Source of the DNA: an uncultured Gemmatimonadota bacterium
GTDB taxonomy: Bacteria > GCA-2686955
Reading direction: 5' to 3'
Assembly (NCBI GenBank): GCA_964490075.1
Contig: CAZBBK010000010.1
Span: 62,001 to 110,761, forward strand
Length of the DNA: 48,761 nucleotides
Shown: positions 9,049-19,149 of the stretch, piece by piece
How positions within the stretch are numbered: the stretch's first letter is position 1
Layout of the letters: each line of letters starts with the position of its first letter
Position numbers and translations under genes: made by a program
Notes under the pieces: model-generated
What the model was told of the DNA's origin: nothing
What the model saw: the letters and a program-made list of their open reading frames with translations, nothing else
Database searches by the model: none

Positions 9049-10044
9049 TCACACCAGATCCGGCAAGGGCAGCCCGCGCCGGTCGGTCGCCGTCCGACTG
9101 GGTCGCGGCTCCGCCACCGGGCGCTCCTTGCCCCCTTGCTCCATGACCATCGAGGCCGGTGCATCGCGCTCGTCGAGACGCGTCGACACCACCCGCTCGA
9201 TCACCAGCGGATCGACGCCCTTCCCCGCCACCTCCAGGACCGCCCGCTCATCGGCCCGGTAGCGCACCGCGCGACCCCGTCGCAGGTCGAAGACCAGCTC
9301 GCCTTCTCCTCCCGATTCCCGCAACTTGCCCACCGAGCTTCCCTTGTCGTCCGCCGCGGCGAAGGCGTGCTGGAAGCGCACCCGGACCCGCGCCAGTCCC
9401 CCCTCCAGGAACTCGCCGAGCTCGTAGTGCGCGGTGGTCTTCAGCAGCGCCACCACCCCGTGCGCGGTCTGCAGCTCCTCGATGCGGATAGAGCTCCATT
9501 TCGACCCCGGTCCCTTTCTGCCGCCCGCTATCGGCTGAAAGAGGTGGGGCAGGAATGACACGAAGGTGTTCTGGCGTTCCTGGTAGAGGCGCGCGTTGGG
9601 AAAGGCGGTGCGCTCTCCGGTGCGCTTGATCGAGCGGATCTCGCCGCTTGCCGAGAGCGCGACCTCGTAGCCGAAGTCGGAGGCGATCGGCACCTCCAGG
9701 CGCTCCAGGAGCGAGTCCCCGCTCGCCATGACGTCGAGCTCGCTGGCGCGCAGATCGACCTCTGGGTAGTGCACCTCGAAGCGTGCGGCATGCTCCGCCG
9801 TCGGCTCGAGGGGCCGGGCGATGCAACCGAGCGACGCGGTGACGGTGCTCTCGTGGGATGCACCGGGTCGATCGGTGGTGCGCCGCAGCCGGTAGTCGAG
9901 CCGGTAGTGGCTCTCGCTGGTGCCGTCGGCGACCGCGGCGTAGCTGAGCACGCGAGCGCGAGGGTCGATGTCGTGGCGGTGGACGAAGACCAGGCCGGCC
10001 GCCGTGGTCAGCAAGAGGATGCGCACTGGGATCGAGATTCTCAT
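9049..10044 (-). CDS. Hypothetical exported or membrane-anchored beta-rich protein
   Basis: Long ORF with coding-like GC3 bias; hydrophobic N-terminus MRISIPVRILLLTTAAGLVFV; no family recognised. Confidence 0.6.
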   Translation of the reverse strand: MRISIPVRILLLTTAAGLVFVHRHDIDPRARVLSYAAVADGTSESHYRLDYRLRRTTDRPGASHESTVTASLGCIARPLEPTAEHAARFEVHYPEVDLRASELDVMASGDSLLERLEVPIASDFGYEVALSASGEIRSIKRTGERTAFPNARLYQERQNTFVSFLPHLFQPIAGGRKGPGSKWSSIRIEELQTAHGVVALLKTTAHYELGEFLEGGLARVRVRFQHAFAAADDKGSSVGKLRESGGEGELVFDLRRGRAVRYRADERAVLEVAGKGVDPLVIERVVSTRLDERDAPASMVMEQGGKERPVAEPRPSRTATDRRGLPLPDLV

Positions 10045-10289
10045 GTTCGGCTCCGACGCGGCTCCCGAAGGAAGCCTGCCGGTGCCGACGCAGCGCAAGC
10101 GCCGTGCCGGAGCCGATCGAGGCGGCCAACAACCTGTGCGACAAGGTCTTGGCAGGTCTACTCGGTCAGCCGCTTGGGGCCGGGAGAGTCCGAGAGTGGC
10201 GAAATCCCCCGCCGCTCAGCGCCGAAAGCCCCGTGCGTGCGGGCGTGCGGCAGTCATTGCCCAGCTGCGTCTCCGGCCTCCCCAACCCC

Positions 10290-11690
10290 CTACTGCGTAT
10301 TGAGAATCATCAAGAACTTCGCGTTGTTCTCGAAGGTTTGCATCTTGTTCAGCAGCATCTCCACCGCTTGCACCTCTTGCATGCTGGCCAGGCCGCGGCG
10401 CAACCGTTGGACCGGGATCAGCTCGGTGCGGTCGTAGAGCTTCTCCTCTTTGCGGGTGCCGCTGCGGTTGACGTTGATGGCGGGGAAGACGCGGCGGTTG
10501 GCGATCTCGCGAGACAGCTCCAGCTCCCAGTTGCCGGTCCCCTTGAACTCCTGGAAGATCACCTCATCCATGCGGCTGCCGGTCTCGATCAGGGCCGTCG
10601 CCAGGATCGTCAGGCTGCCGCCCTCCATGATGTTGCGGGCCGCACCAAAGAACTGCTTGGGCTGCTGCAGGGCGCGCGAGTCGATGCCGCCCGACATGAT
10701 CTTGCCACCGCGGGTGAGATCGACGTTGTGGGCCCGCGCCAGGCGCGTCAGGGAGTCCATCAGGATCACCACGTCGTGGCCCGACTCGACCAGGCGCTTG
10801 GCGCGCTCCTGGGTCACCTTGGCGACCCGAATGTGGTTCTTGACCGGCATGTCGTTGGAGGAGTGGATCACCTCGCCGCGCACCGAGCGCTGGATGTCGG
10901 TCACCTCTTCCGGGCGCTCGTCGACCAGCAGCACGATCAGGTGCACCTCCGGGTGGTTGGTCGCGATGGCGTCGGCCATCGCCTTGAGGACCATGGTCTT
11001 GCCGGCCTTGGGCGGGGACACGATCAGGCCCCGCTGACCCTTGCCGACCGGCGCCATCAGGTCCATGACGCGGCCTGTGAGGTTGCCGGTGAGGGTCTCC
11101 ATGCGCAGCCGCTCTACCGGATCGGTGGGCGTCAGGTCGGCGAAGGGGGGACGGATCTTCATCGCGTCGGGGGCGATGCCGTTGACGCCGGAGATCTCCC
11201 GCAGGACCGGCCCGCGACCGCCTTCGCGGGCGATGCCGGCGATCGTGTCGCCTTCGCGCAGGCTGATGCTCTGCACCAGCTCCTTCGAGACGTAGGTGTC
11301 CTCCTCGGAGGGGAAGTAGGAGTTCTCGATGCTGCGCAGGAAGCCCGATCCGGCCGGGACCACCTCGAGCACGCCTTCGACCTCGATCGGCGGTCCGGTC
11401 GGCTCCTCCAGACGGCGTTCGTCGGCGCTGCGGCCGCGCCCGCTGCGTCCACCTCGAGAACGGCCGCGTCCCCGTCCCCGGCCCGATCCGCGCCCGCCGC
11501 GTCCGCCTCCACGCCCGCCGCCGGAGGAACGTCGCCGCCCGCCGGAAGAGGAGCCCTGGCGCTCTTCGCCTCCCCCTTCGCGAGTCGCCGGCCCCCCGGG
11601 ACGCCGTCGCCTGCGTCGCCTGCGTCTGCTGGTCGATCCGCCGCCGCCTTCGCCGGCGCCAGCGCTTCGCTCGTCGTCTCTGTCGGTCAT
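10290..11690 (-). CDS. rho: Transcription termination factor Rho with an N-terminal Arg/Gly-rich extension
   Basis: RNA-binding GVLEV..GSGFLR..DTYVS; Walker [60 protein letters not shown]. Confidence 0.97.
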   Translation of the reverse strand: MTDRDDERSAGAGEGGGGSTSRRRRRRRRRPGGPATREGGGEERQGSSSGGRRRSSGGGRGGGRGGRGSGRGRGRGRSRGGRSGRGRSADERRLEEPTGPPIEVEGVLEVVPAGSGFLRSIENSYFPSEEDTYVSKELVQSISLREGDTIAGIAREGGRGPVLREISGVNGIAPDAMKIRPPFADLTPTDPVERLRMETLTGNLTGRVMDLMAPVGKGQRGLIVSPPKAGKTMVLKAMADAIATNHPEVHLIVLLVDERPEEVTDIQRSVRGEVIHSSNDMPVKNHIRVAKVTQERAKRLVESGHDVVILMDSLTRLARAHNVDLTRGGKIMSGGIDSRALQQPKQFFGAARNIMEGGSLTILATALIETGSRMDEVIFQEFKGTGNWELELSREIANRRVFPAINVNRSGTRKEEKLYDRTELIPVQRLRRGLASMQEVQAVEMLLNKMQTFENNAKFLMILNTQ

Positions 11691-12102
11691 CGGGTCAAGA
11701 CTCCCGCGTGTGCGAACTCTCGGGCCACTGCCTTCGGGGCGAGCTCGGCGGCCGCACGGCATCACCTGTTTACGATGCCCCCTCGGAATGTCCCAGGCCT
11801 ACGCGCCTGGAATCGACACTGCGGCTCGAGAGCCGGGGGGCGTACGTGATCGGCGGGACAACCGTGCAGTCGAACTAAACTAGACTCAGATCATGTCGAT
11901 CCGATTTTCTGGAGCTTCCGGGAGAAGGACGGCTCCAGACCGGTGCCGCCGTGGGCCACTCGTTGGTGAGCTCGGCTCCGGCCCGTCTCTCCCCGGAGCA
12001 TTGCGAGCTCCATGGCGGGCCGATTCCGGACGCGGGACGATTCCTCGGGCGATTCGTATTGTCCCGCGGAAGATGAACTCACCTCGTCTCCACGCGCCAA
12101 TG

Positions 12103-12131
12103 GGTATCATGAAGACACGTGATTGTGTCAA
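12103..12131 (-). promoter_or_regulatory. Possible sigma-70 promoter for rho
   Basis: Perfect TTGACA at 12131-12126 (minus strand) in an AT-richer patch; the -10 box is poor (GATACC at 17-bp spacing). Confidence 0.35.
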
Positions 12132-12250
12132 GAGTAGCCTGAACGCATCCGCTTGTCGCGGATCATGGCCACGACCGCTCGGGGGGCGCGGATGGGTCGG
12201 ATGAGGTGGTCGCAGGCGAAGGCCGCCTGCCGGAGAGGAGCGCCAAGAGC

Positions 12251-13780
12251 TTGAAGATCTCGCTGGGGATTCGTTTCGCCGCCCTGGTGGCGGTGGTCTT
12301 GGCGTGCGTGCTGGGCAGCGCGATCTACTTTTCGATCGCCTCGCAGCGGGCCAAGTTCCTGGAGGTGGTCGGGGGAGCTTCCGCGATCGGGACCGACCTG
12401 ATCGGCGCCGAGATCGAGGGCGCGCTGGCGCGCGACGAGCCCGACGAGATCGCGGGAATCATCGCCCGGGCGGCCGGCGCCTCGCCGGTGAAGCGGGTGC
12501 TGCTGCTCGACCGCCAGGGCACGGTGCTGGTCGCGCCCGAGGGGGCGGAGAAACGCGGGGACAGGCTCGATGAGCCGTACTTGCGCCTGGCCGAGGCCGC
12601 GGAGGCGCGCGGGCGCGCGATCGGACGCGCCGGGGCCGAAGGGGTCGACTTCGTGACCATGCGCGCACTGCCCAACGGGCCGCGCTGCGTCTCCTGTCAC
12701 GAGGGCCAGCCGAGCCCGCTCGGTTTTCTGACGATGGAGGTGTCTCTGGCCAACGCGCGCGAGTTCGTGCGCGCCCAGGCGGCGCTGGCCCTGATCGCCG
12801 CCAGCACCGCGGGATCGCTGGTGGCTGCACTGCTCTGGGTGGTGGCGCGGCGCTGGGTGATCCGTCCGGTCGAGCGGATCCGGCAAGGGTTGACGGCGGT
12901 CGAGGCCGGGATTCTCGACGTGCAGGTCGACGCCAGCGGCGCCACGCCGGAGCTGCAGCGCGTGGCCGAGGCCTTCAACGCCATGTCGGACCGGTTGGCG
13001 GCGGCGCGGCGCGCGGTGGAGCGCACCCACACCGAGACCCACGTGGCGACCGAGCACGCGATCTCGCTGAACACGATCGCCTCAGTGCTCGCCCACGAGC
13101 TGCGCAACCCGATGGCGGGCATCGGAGTGACACTCGAGACCCTGCGCCGCGATTTGGGCGCGGAGCATCCGCACCAGAAGCTGATCGCCCAGGCGGAGCA
13201 CCAGCTGGAGCGCGTCAATCGTGAGCTCGACGATCTTCTGGCCTATGCCAGACCGCCGCGCGAGGAGCTGCGCTGCAGCCTCGACCTGGGGGTGATGGCG
13301 CGGCGCACCGCGGCCTTCGCCCGCCCTGGAGCGCGGGCCGCCGATGTCGAGCTGGCGGTCGATGTCGGCGACGATCTGCCACGGGTGGACGGCGAGTCGG
13401 ATCGCCTGGAGCAGGTGCTGCTCAACCTGATCCAGAACGCGGTCCACGCGGTGAGCGAGCGGGATCGGCAGGGCAGCGGCATGGTCTGCGTCGGGGTCCG
13501 GGCCGATCAGGCCGGCGGGGTGATGCTGACGGTCGACGACGACGGTCCCGGTGTGCCGCCCGAACGGATCGAGCGGATCTTCGAGCCCTTCTACACCACC
13601 CGCAAGCAAGGCACCGGCCTCGGCCTGCCACTGGCGCGGCGGATCGTGGAGTACCACGGCGGATCGCTGAAGATGACCCGTTCGCGTCTGGGCGGAGCGC
13701 GTTTCACGGTGTGGCTGCCCGGCTGCCGCGACGGCGAGGATCAGGAGCAGGAGTGCCAGGGGGACGGGGCGGCGGCCTGA
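12251..13780 (+). CDS. Membrane sensor histidine kinase with periplasmic CxxCH (heme c) motif and HAMP domain; alternative GTG start at 12206
   Basis: TM1, periplasmic domain containing PRCVSCH, TM2, HAMP, H box LAHELRNP, N box NLIQNA, DDDGPG, GTGLGL. TTG at 12251 is preceded by GAGGAG. Confidence 0.9.
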   Translation: MKISLGIRFAALVAVVLACVLGSAIYFSIASQRAKFLEVVGGASAIGTDLIGAEIEGALARDEPDEIAGIIARAAGASPVKRVLLLDRQGTVLVAPEGAEKRGDRLDEPYLRLAEAAEARGRAIGRAGAEGVDFVTMRALPNGPRCVSCHEGQPSPLGFLTMEVSLANAREFVRAQAALALIAASTAGSLVAALLWVVARRWVIRPVERIRQGLTAVEAGILDVQVDASGATPELQRVAEAFNAMSDRLAAARRAVERTHTETHVATEHAISLNTIASVLAHELRNPMAGIGVTLETLRRDLGAEHPHQKLIAQAEHQLERVNRELDDLLAYARPPREELRCSLDLGVMARRTAAFARPGARAADVELAVDVGDDLPRVDGESDRLEQVLLNLIQNAVHAVSERDRQGSGMVCVGVRADQAGGVMLTVDDDGPGVPPERIERIFEPFYTTRKQGTGLGLPLARRIVEYHGGSLKMTRSRLGGARFTVWLPGCRDGEDQEQECQGDGAAA

Positions 13781-13790
13781 GCTCTCGCCC

Positions 13791-15347
13791 CTACGTAACG
13801 TAGGAATGGGCGGCTGATTGGATTCCGAGTGCGCCCATCTTGCTACGAAGCGTGGATTCTGGAATTCGCAGTGCGCGCGCCGCGGCGGTTTTGACGCCGC
13901 CGTGGCGTGCCAGGGCGCGGCGGATGATCGCTGTCTCGTGCCTGCGCATCTCGGCTTCCAGGCCTTGCTCCGGCATCGCACCGGGGGCGTTGCTCAGCGC
14001 CTGGCGTTGGTGCTTCCAATGATCGAGCTCGCCCCTGCATTCCGCGATGGCGATGATTCGGGTGTTCGAGCGGATCGCGAGCCGCTCCAGGAACCCCCCC
14101 AGCTCGCGCACATTGCCGGGCCAATCGTAGCCACGAAGCAGATCGAGACAGCCGGGTTCCAGGACCGGCGGCGCCGCGAGCCCAAGTCGCTCAGGCGCAC
14201 CATCGAGGAAGTGGCGGACCAGTTCGTCCAGGTCTTCGAAGCGCTCGCGCAACGGGGGGATCTCGATCAGGTGGGCCCCTATCCGGAAGAAGAGATCTGA
14301 GCGGAAGCTCCCCTTGGCGACCTCGGCCGCCAGCGAACGGTTGGTCGCCGCAATGATCCGCGCTCCGATCTTGCGCTCGGCGTCGGCGCCGATGCGTCTG
14401 ACGGTTTTGTTCTGCAGGACTCTCAGCAGCTTGATTTGCAGACCCGATTGCAGGTCGCCGATCTCGTCGAGCAGGACGGTGCCTCTGCCCGCGGCCTCGA
14501 AGATGCCCGCGCGGGCGCTGTCGGCTCCGGTGAAACTGCCTTTTTCGTGCCCGAAGAGCTCGGACGTGATGGTGTTCGCGTCGCGTGCGTGGAGCTCGAT
14601 CTTGTGGAAGGCCAGGGCGGGATCGCGCCCGTCGTGCAAGGCCTGGGCGACACACTCCTTGCCCACACCGGTTTCACCCTCGATCAGCACTGGAACATCG
14701 AGCAGGGCGTAGCGCGCGACGGAATCGAGCACTTCGCCCATGGCGGGTGCTTCGGCGATGAAGTCGCTGCGTCGTTGTGTCCGTCCTGCCCGCTTGACGC
14801 GCCGAATGCTGGCGTGGTGGCGGGCGATGGTCTCCAGATAAGGCGCGATCGTCGCCGCCAGCTCCCGGACCGCCTGGGCCAGCTCCTCCTCGAGCAGCAA
14901 GCTCTCGCGAGAGTCGAGATAGAGCACGCCCGCGAGGCCGCCGGAGCCGTGGATCGGGACCGACACGAAGCTGCCCGTCCCCTGCTGTACCAGGCTCAGT
15001 ACGGTACTCAGACCGGGATCTCGCGCCACCGATTCGGAGGACTGCGTCTCACCCGTGGCCAGCGTCTTCTCGACGATGGTTCGTGACACCTCCCGCATCC
15101 CTTCGCTCATGCCGACGCTCGCCAGTACATCGCGACCGGAGCCGAATCGACTCAGCAGGGCCGTCCGTCCGACCGGCCAGTCGAGCTCGAGCACCAACCA
15201 GCGCGTGGCCCGTTTCAGCACCCTGTCGAGAAGCTCCTCGAGATCGTCCGACTCGTTGATCGCATCGAGCAGGATCGCGTCGAGCTCTTTGCGCAGCTCG
15301 TAGAGCAGCGGCAACATCTTCAGGGGGACTCGTTGGTCGGTCGACAT
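13791..15347 (-). CDS. GAF-domain sigma-54-dependent enhancer-binding protein (AAA+ and Fis-type HTH)
   Basis: GAF (SFVSVPI...GVLYLDS), Walker A GETGVGKE, ELFGHEKGSFTGA, LLDEIGDL, WPGNVREL, HTH AARALRIPESTLRSKM; no receiver domain. Confidence 0.92.
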   Translation of the reverse strand: MSTDQRVPLKMLPLLYELRKELDAILLDAINESDDLEELLDRVLKRATRWLVLELDWPVGRTALLSRFGSGRDVLASVGMSEGMREVSRTIVEKTLATGETQSSESVARDPGLSTVLSLVQQGTGSFVSVPIHGSGGLAGVLYLDSRESLLLEEELAQAVRELAATIAPYLETIARHHASIRRVKRAGRTQRRSDFIAEAPAMGEVLDSVARYALLDVPVLIEGETGVGKECVAQALHDGRDPALAFHKIELHARDANTITSELFGHEKGSFTGADSARAGIFEAAGRGTVLLDEIGDLQSGLQIKLLRVLQNKTVRRIGADAERKIGARIIAATNRSLAAEVAKGSFRSDLFFRIGAHLIEIPPLRERFEDLDELVRHFLDGAPERLGLAAPPVLEPGCLDLLRGYDWPGNVRELGGFLERLAIRSNTRIIAIAECRGELDHWKHQRQALSNAPGAMPEQGLEAEMRRHETAIIRRALARHGGVKTAAARALRIPESTLRSKMGALGIQSAAHSYVT

Positions 15348-15375
15348 GGCGGGGTGTTCCCTGGTGCGCAGTTGG

Positions 15376-18300
15376 TTAGGGTCGGCGAAGAAGTGACTCC
15401 CAGGGGTCGCGACGACGAGTGATCTCCCGAGGGAAAGGGGAGGCCTGGCGATCTCCACGCCGCAGCGCCTGATGGAGCGAGCGCCAGTAGCGACCCCGAA
15501 CGGCCCCCGAGTCGATGGGCGCGATCGCCACGATCGCGGCGTCGCTGTTGCCCGCTGCTTCGCGCAGGGCCCAGGCCCGAAGCAGCTCCAACCGAGTCCG
15601 GTCCTCCGCCTCGTACTCGATGGCATCCTCGCGCAGTGACTCGCTCAGCATCCGCGCCGCGTCGTCCGCCTCGCCTGCGCGCAGCATCCTCCAGGCGCGC
15701 GCTTCCAGCGCATCGGTGCCGCTCAGACTGACCGTCCCCGGTGGCTTTCCGAGGCGCGCCGCGGCCAGCTCCACGATCGTCTGCGCGCCGATCAGCACAG
15801 ATCCTTGGGCCTGGCGAGTCGCCAGCTGGAAGGCCTCGTCCCAGGCGCTCGATTCGAGCAAGAAGCGCAGCGGCACGGTGGTCACGAGCGCGCTTCCGGG
15901 CACCTCGCCGAGGTGGCGTGCCGCGGTGTGCAGCGCCTCGGTCTCTCGGCCGCACTCCCAGAGGAGCCGCGAACCGCCCAGAGAGAGGTCCTCCGTCGAG
16001 TCGACCCCTTCGATCTCCAATCGCAGGCTCACCGCCGAATCGTGGCGGCCCAGGGCGTTGAGCAGCTTGGGCAAGACGCGGCCAATGCCCGGATCGCGCC
16101 ATCCTCCTTCCCACAGCTCCAGCAGACGGTTCACCGCGGTCGTGCCGCGATCGGTCCCGACCTGCAGCTCCGCCAGTCGGCTCTCCAGCACCGCCAGCTG
16201 TCCGCACTCGGTCTGGTATCCGCGTCGCGGGCAACGCAGATCACCGAATGTCCCTCGCGCCTGCCGCAGCAGCTCGATTGCCCGTTGGCGGTCGCCGCCC
16301 CGCAACGCGTGCTCGGCCGTCGCCCAGAGATCCTGACATCCATGGATTCGCGCGCTGCGTGCCGCCGGTCCCGACCCCGCACCCGTGGCCCACTCCAGAT
16401 CGCTCATCAGGATGCCGGTGTCGCCGTCCAACCAGGCCGTTCCGGCGCTGGTCCGAACCATCACGGCGCCTTCCTCGATCGCCACCGGCTGAACGCTCGC
16501 GGGAAAAGGCAGGAAGGTATGCCACAGCGCTCGACCACGCTCGCCACGGCCCCGATAGGGGGCGAGCTGCCCCGGCGACGCCGGCTCCGGTCGCAGTGCC
16601 ACCACGCTCACCCGCTTGCCCGCCAGCACCTCCTCTCCGGCCGCTACCAGCTCCGGGAGACCGTCGTCGTTCAGATCGCCGATCGCCAATCGATGATAGT
16701 GCCCCGAGGTGGTCCAACGGAACTGCCGCCAGTCGATTCCGAGACCGGATCCGGGTTGGCGCACCAGCATCGAGATCTGGCCCTCGTGGGACACGGGGTG
16801 GTGCGCTTCGAATGCGATCTCGACGGGCTCCGCTGCCATCTCCGGAGTGCGGTTCTCGAGCAGCTCGCCGGTCACCAGAGCCGCGACCCGCAGCGGTGCT
16901 CTCGGATCGCCGGGCAGATCGGCCGGCGCCACCAACACCTGGCGCAGAAGCTCGGTGCCGTCCCCATCGATCAGCGTCGCCGCGGGCGGAATGGTGTCGC
17001 GGACCCCCTCGCCGCTCGAGACGACCACCAGCTCCAGCTTCGAGTCGCCGTCGAAGTCCCCCGTCGCGGCTGTGGCCCGCACTCCCCGACAGGCGATCCG
17101 GGTGGTGTCCACGCTCTCGGGACCGACCAGCACCAAGGACTTTCCGGGGATCAGGTCGACGTCGAAACCCCGGTCGTGGAGGACGCGCAAGCGCCGGAGC
17201 GGGGACGGAGGGGGCGCGGCTTCCAGCGCCCGCCGGAAGGCCGATGCGAGTTCCACTGCTCGGTCCGGCGGAGTGAAGCGCGGCGGCGCCTGGTCGGTTC
17301 TGGATCTGGTGAGCACCACCGCGCCCGTCCCCAGTACGATCGCAACAGCGGCCGCGGTCGCGCCGATGGACCAGGAAGGCCTCGTTCTCGCGGAGCCGGA
17401 GGCGGGAAGGGCATCGAGCAGGCGCAGTGTGGCGGTGGCGGAATCCGGGCGCCGGTTCGGGTTCGTGGCCACGAGCGTTGATACCAGGCCGACCAACTCC
17501 GGCGCCCGTCGGCGCAAGGGATTCAGATCAGGTTCGCCGCCCATGATCCGCCTGTAGGTCGCCGATAGCGACGGAGTCTCGAAGGGGCTGCGGCCGGTGA
17601 GCATGGCGACCATCAGACAACCGACGGCGAAAAGATCGCTGCGCGCGTCGGGCACCGCGCCGCGGATTTGCTCCGGCGGCATGAACGCCGGGGCACCGAC
17701 GGAGTCGCTGCTCTGCGACAGACGCACCGATGCGTCGGCCAAGAAGGCTAGGCCGAAGTCGACGACCGTGACCCGGTCCGAATCGCCGAGGATCACGTTC
17801 TTTGGAGTCAGGTCTCGGTGCACGACATCGTTGGCGTGGGCGTGCGAGAGAACTTGCAGCACCTGCCGCGTCACGACGCGAGTGCGCGCGGGGTCGAAGC
17901 GTTCGCCCGCCCGCAGCCGTTCATCGATCGATCGTCCGACGACATACTCCTGGCTGATCGAAACCCGATCGCCCGACGGGTGGATGTCCAGCACCTTGGC
18001 GATGCCGGGATGATCCAGCCTGCGTCCGATCTCTCCCTCGCGCACGAATCGGTCGAGGTCCCGCGGAGAGGCGCGGAAGCACTTGAGCGCCACGTCTTGC
18101 TTCAGCCACAGATCCCAGGCGCGCAGAAGATCGGCGAACTGGCCCGAGCCGCGAAGATCGATCGCCAGAAAACGATCGTGGAGTATGCATCCGGCCGCCC
18201 AACCCGGAAGTGAGCGCCGGGTGCCGCTGTCGAGCTCGATGAACCGATGGCAGCCGCCACATGACCAACGCGCGAGGCAGGCTATCGAGCGCGGTGTGGC

Positions 18301-19125
18301 GATGACGAAAGGCCACAGGTCCCGACTCTCGCCATCCTCGTCGATGAAGAGCACGTGGCCGGCACGCGGCCGTCCGAGGGCGGCCGTCTTCTCCGCGCCG
18401 TTTCCCCACAAGGACTCCAATCCGGCGCCGTTGTCCGGAGCGGCGGGGACGGACCACCACAGGCGTCCGCTGAACCAGGGATCGAGGTCGGGATCCGAAA
18501 GACCCTCCGTGTCGGCCGCGTCCCACCAGCTCTCCCATGGTGCGAGGCGGTCTCTCCAACCCGGCAAGCTGCGGGCGATCGCAGCGGCCAAGTCGTCCTC
18601 CGAGGCGGCTCCGACATAGTGCAACTCGGCGCTGCGCACCGGCGCCAACGCCTGACGCTGCCCGTGCAACGCGACCAGGACCGCGCGCAGCAAGAGCCGC
18701 TTGCGCGGGCCGCTGAGCGACGCCGAGCTGAGAGCTCGGCGAGGCGAGCGCCGGACGCCGGACCCTTGCCGCGCGCTGGTCTTTCTGTTGTCCCCCACGA
18801 TTCCAGCCGAGCGTTCTGTTGGTGGTCCTGGGCACCGATCGGCATCGACGGCCCGCTTCGATCGCGCCCACCAGCGCGCAGACGAGATGCTCGGCCTGCG
18901 CTCTCTGCGGCACACCCAGAACACAGCGCCGTTCCGGCAGCCTGCGGCGCTGCACCTGTTCTGACGATCGCGATCCAACCACAAAGCTACCATGGGGCCG
19001 TCCGGGACGCGCCTCCGCGCCGGTCGGCTGATCGGCGGCGATTCGACCGCGCACACGAGTGCCTCGGGCGCTCGACCCGAGGCACCGTGCCCTACCTCGT
19101 CGATCGTGAGGGGGGATGTCGGCAC
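15376..19125 (-). CDS. Membrane Hanks-type Ser/Thr protein kinase with extracellular FG-GAP repeats and TPR-like region; start uncertain (19125, 18993 or 18798)
   Basis: GSGQFA, DVALK, HRDLTPKN, VDFGLA, FMPPEQ, SDLFAVG; TM WSIGATAAAVAIVLGTGAVVL; FG-GAP motifs GDFDGDSKLELVV and GDLNDDGLPELVA. Confidence 0.88.
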   Translation of the reverse strand: MPTSPLTIDEVGHGASGRAPEALVCAVESPPISRPARRRVPDGPMVALWLDRDRQNRCSAAGCRNGAVFWVCRRERRPSISSARWWARSKRAVDADRCPGPPTERSAGIVGDNRKTSARQGSGVRRSPRRALSSASLSGPRKRLLLRAVLVALHGQRQALAPVRSAELHYVGAASEDDLAAAIARSLPGWRDRLAPWESWWDAADTEGLSDPDLDPWFSGRLWWSVPAAPDNGAGLESLWGNGAEKTAALGRPRAGHVLFIDEDGESRDLWPFVIATPRSIACLARWSCGGCHRFIELDSGTRRSLPGWAAGCILHDRFLAIDLRGSGQFADLLRAWDLWLKQDVALKCFRASPRDLDRFVREGEIGRRLDHPGIAKVLDIHPSGDRVSISQEYVVGRSIDERLRAGERFDPARTRVVTRQVLQVLSHAHANDVVHRDLTPKNVILGDSDRVTVVDFGLAFLADASVRLSQSSDSVGAPAFMPPEQIRGAVPDARSDLFAVGCLMVAMLTGRSPFETPSLSATYRRIMGGEPDLNPLRRRAPELVGLVSTLVATNPNRRPDSATATLRLLDALPASGSARTRPSWSIGATAAAVAIVLGTGAVVLTRSRTDQAPPRFTPPDRAVELASAFRRALEAAPPPSPLRRLRVLHDRGFDVDLIPGKSLVLVGPESVDTTRIACRGVRATAATGDFDGDSKLELVVVSSGEGVRDTIPPAATLIDGDGTELLRQVLVAPADLPGDPRAPLRVAALVTGELLENRTPEMAAEPVEIAFEAHHPVSHEGQISMLVRQPGSGLGIDWRQFRWTTSGHYHRLAIGDLNDDGLPELVAAGEEVLAGKRVSVVALRPEPASPGQLAPYRGRGERGRALWHTFLPFPASVQPVAIEEGAVMVRTSAGTAWLDGDTGILMSDLEWATGAGSGPAARSARIHGCQDLWATAEHALRGGDRQRAIELLRQARGTFGDLRCPRRGYQTECGQLAVLESRLAELQVGTDRGTTAVNRLLELWEGGWRDPGIGRVLPKLLNALGRHDSAVSLRLEIEGVDSTEDLSLGGSRLLWECGRETEALHTAARHLGEVPGSALVTTVPLRFLLESSAWDEAFQLATRQAQGSVLIGAQTIVELAAARLGKPPGTVSLSGTDALEARAWRMLRAGEADDAARMLSESLREDAIEYEAEDRTRLELLRAWALREAAGNSDAAIVAIAPIDSGAVRGRYWRSLHQALRRGDRQASPFPREITRRRDPWESLLRRP

Positions 19126-19149
19126 GTCAGATCCGCGATTCGGCTTCCC

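Noticed and set aside
11440-11630. Short repeated units (cgtcgcctg, cgcccgccg) suggesting a repeat array
   Set aside because: They are codons of the Arg/Gly low-complexity tail of Rho; there is no repeat-spacer structure.
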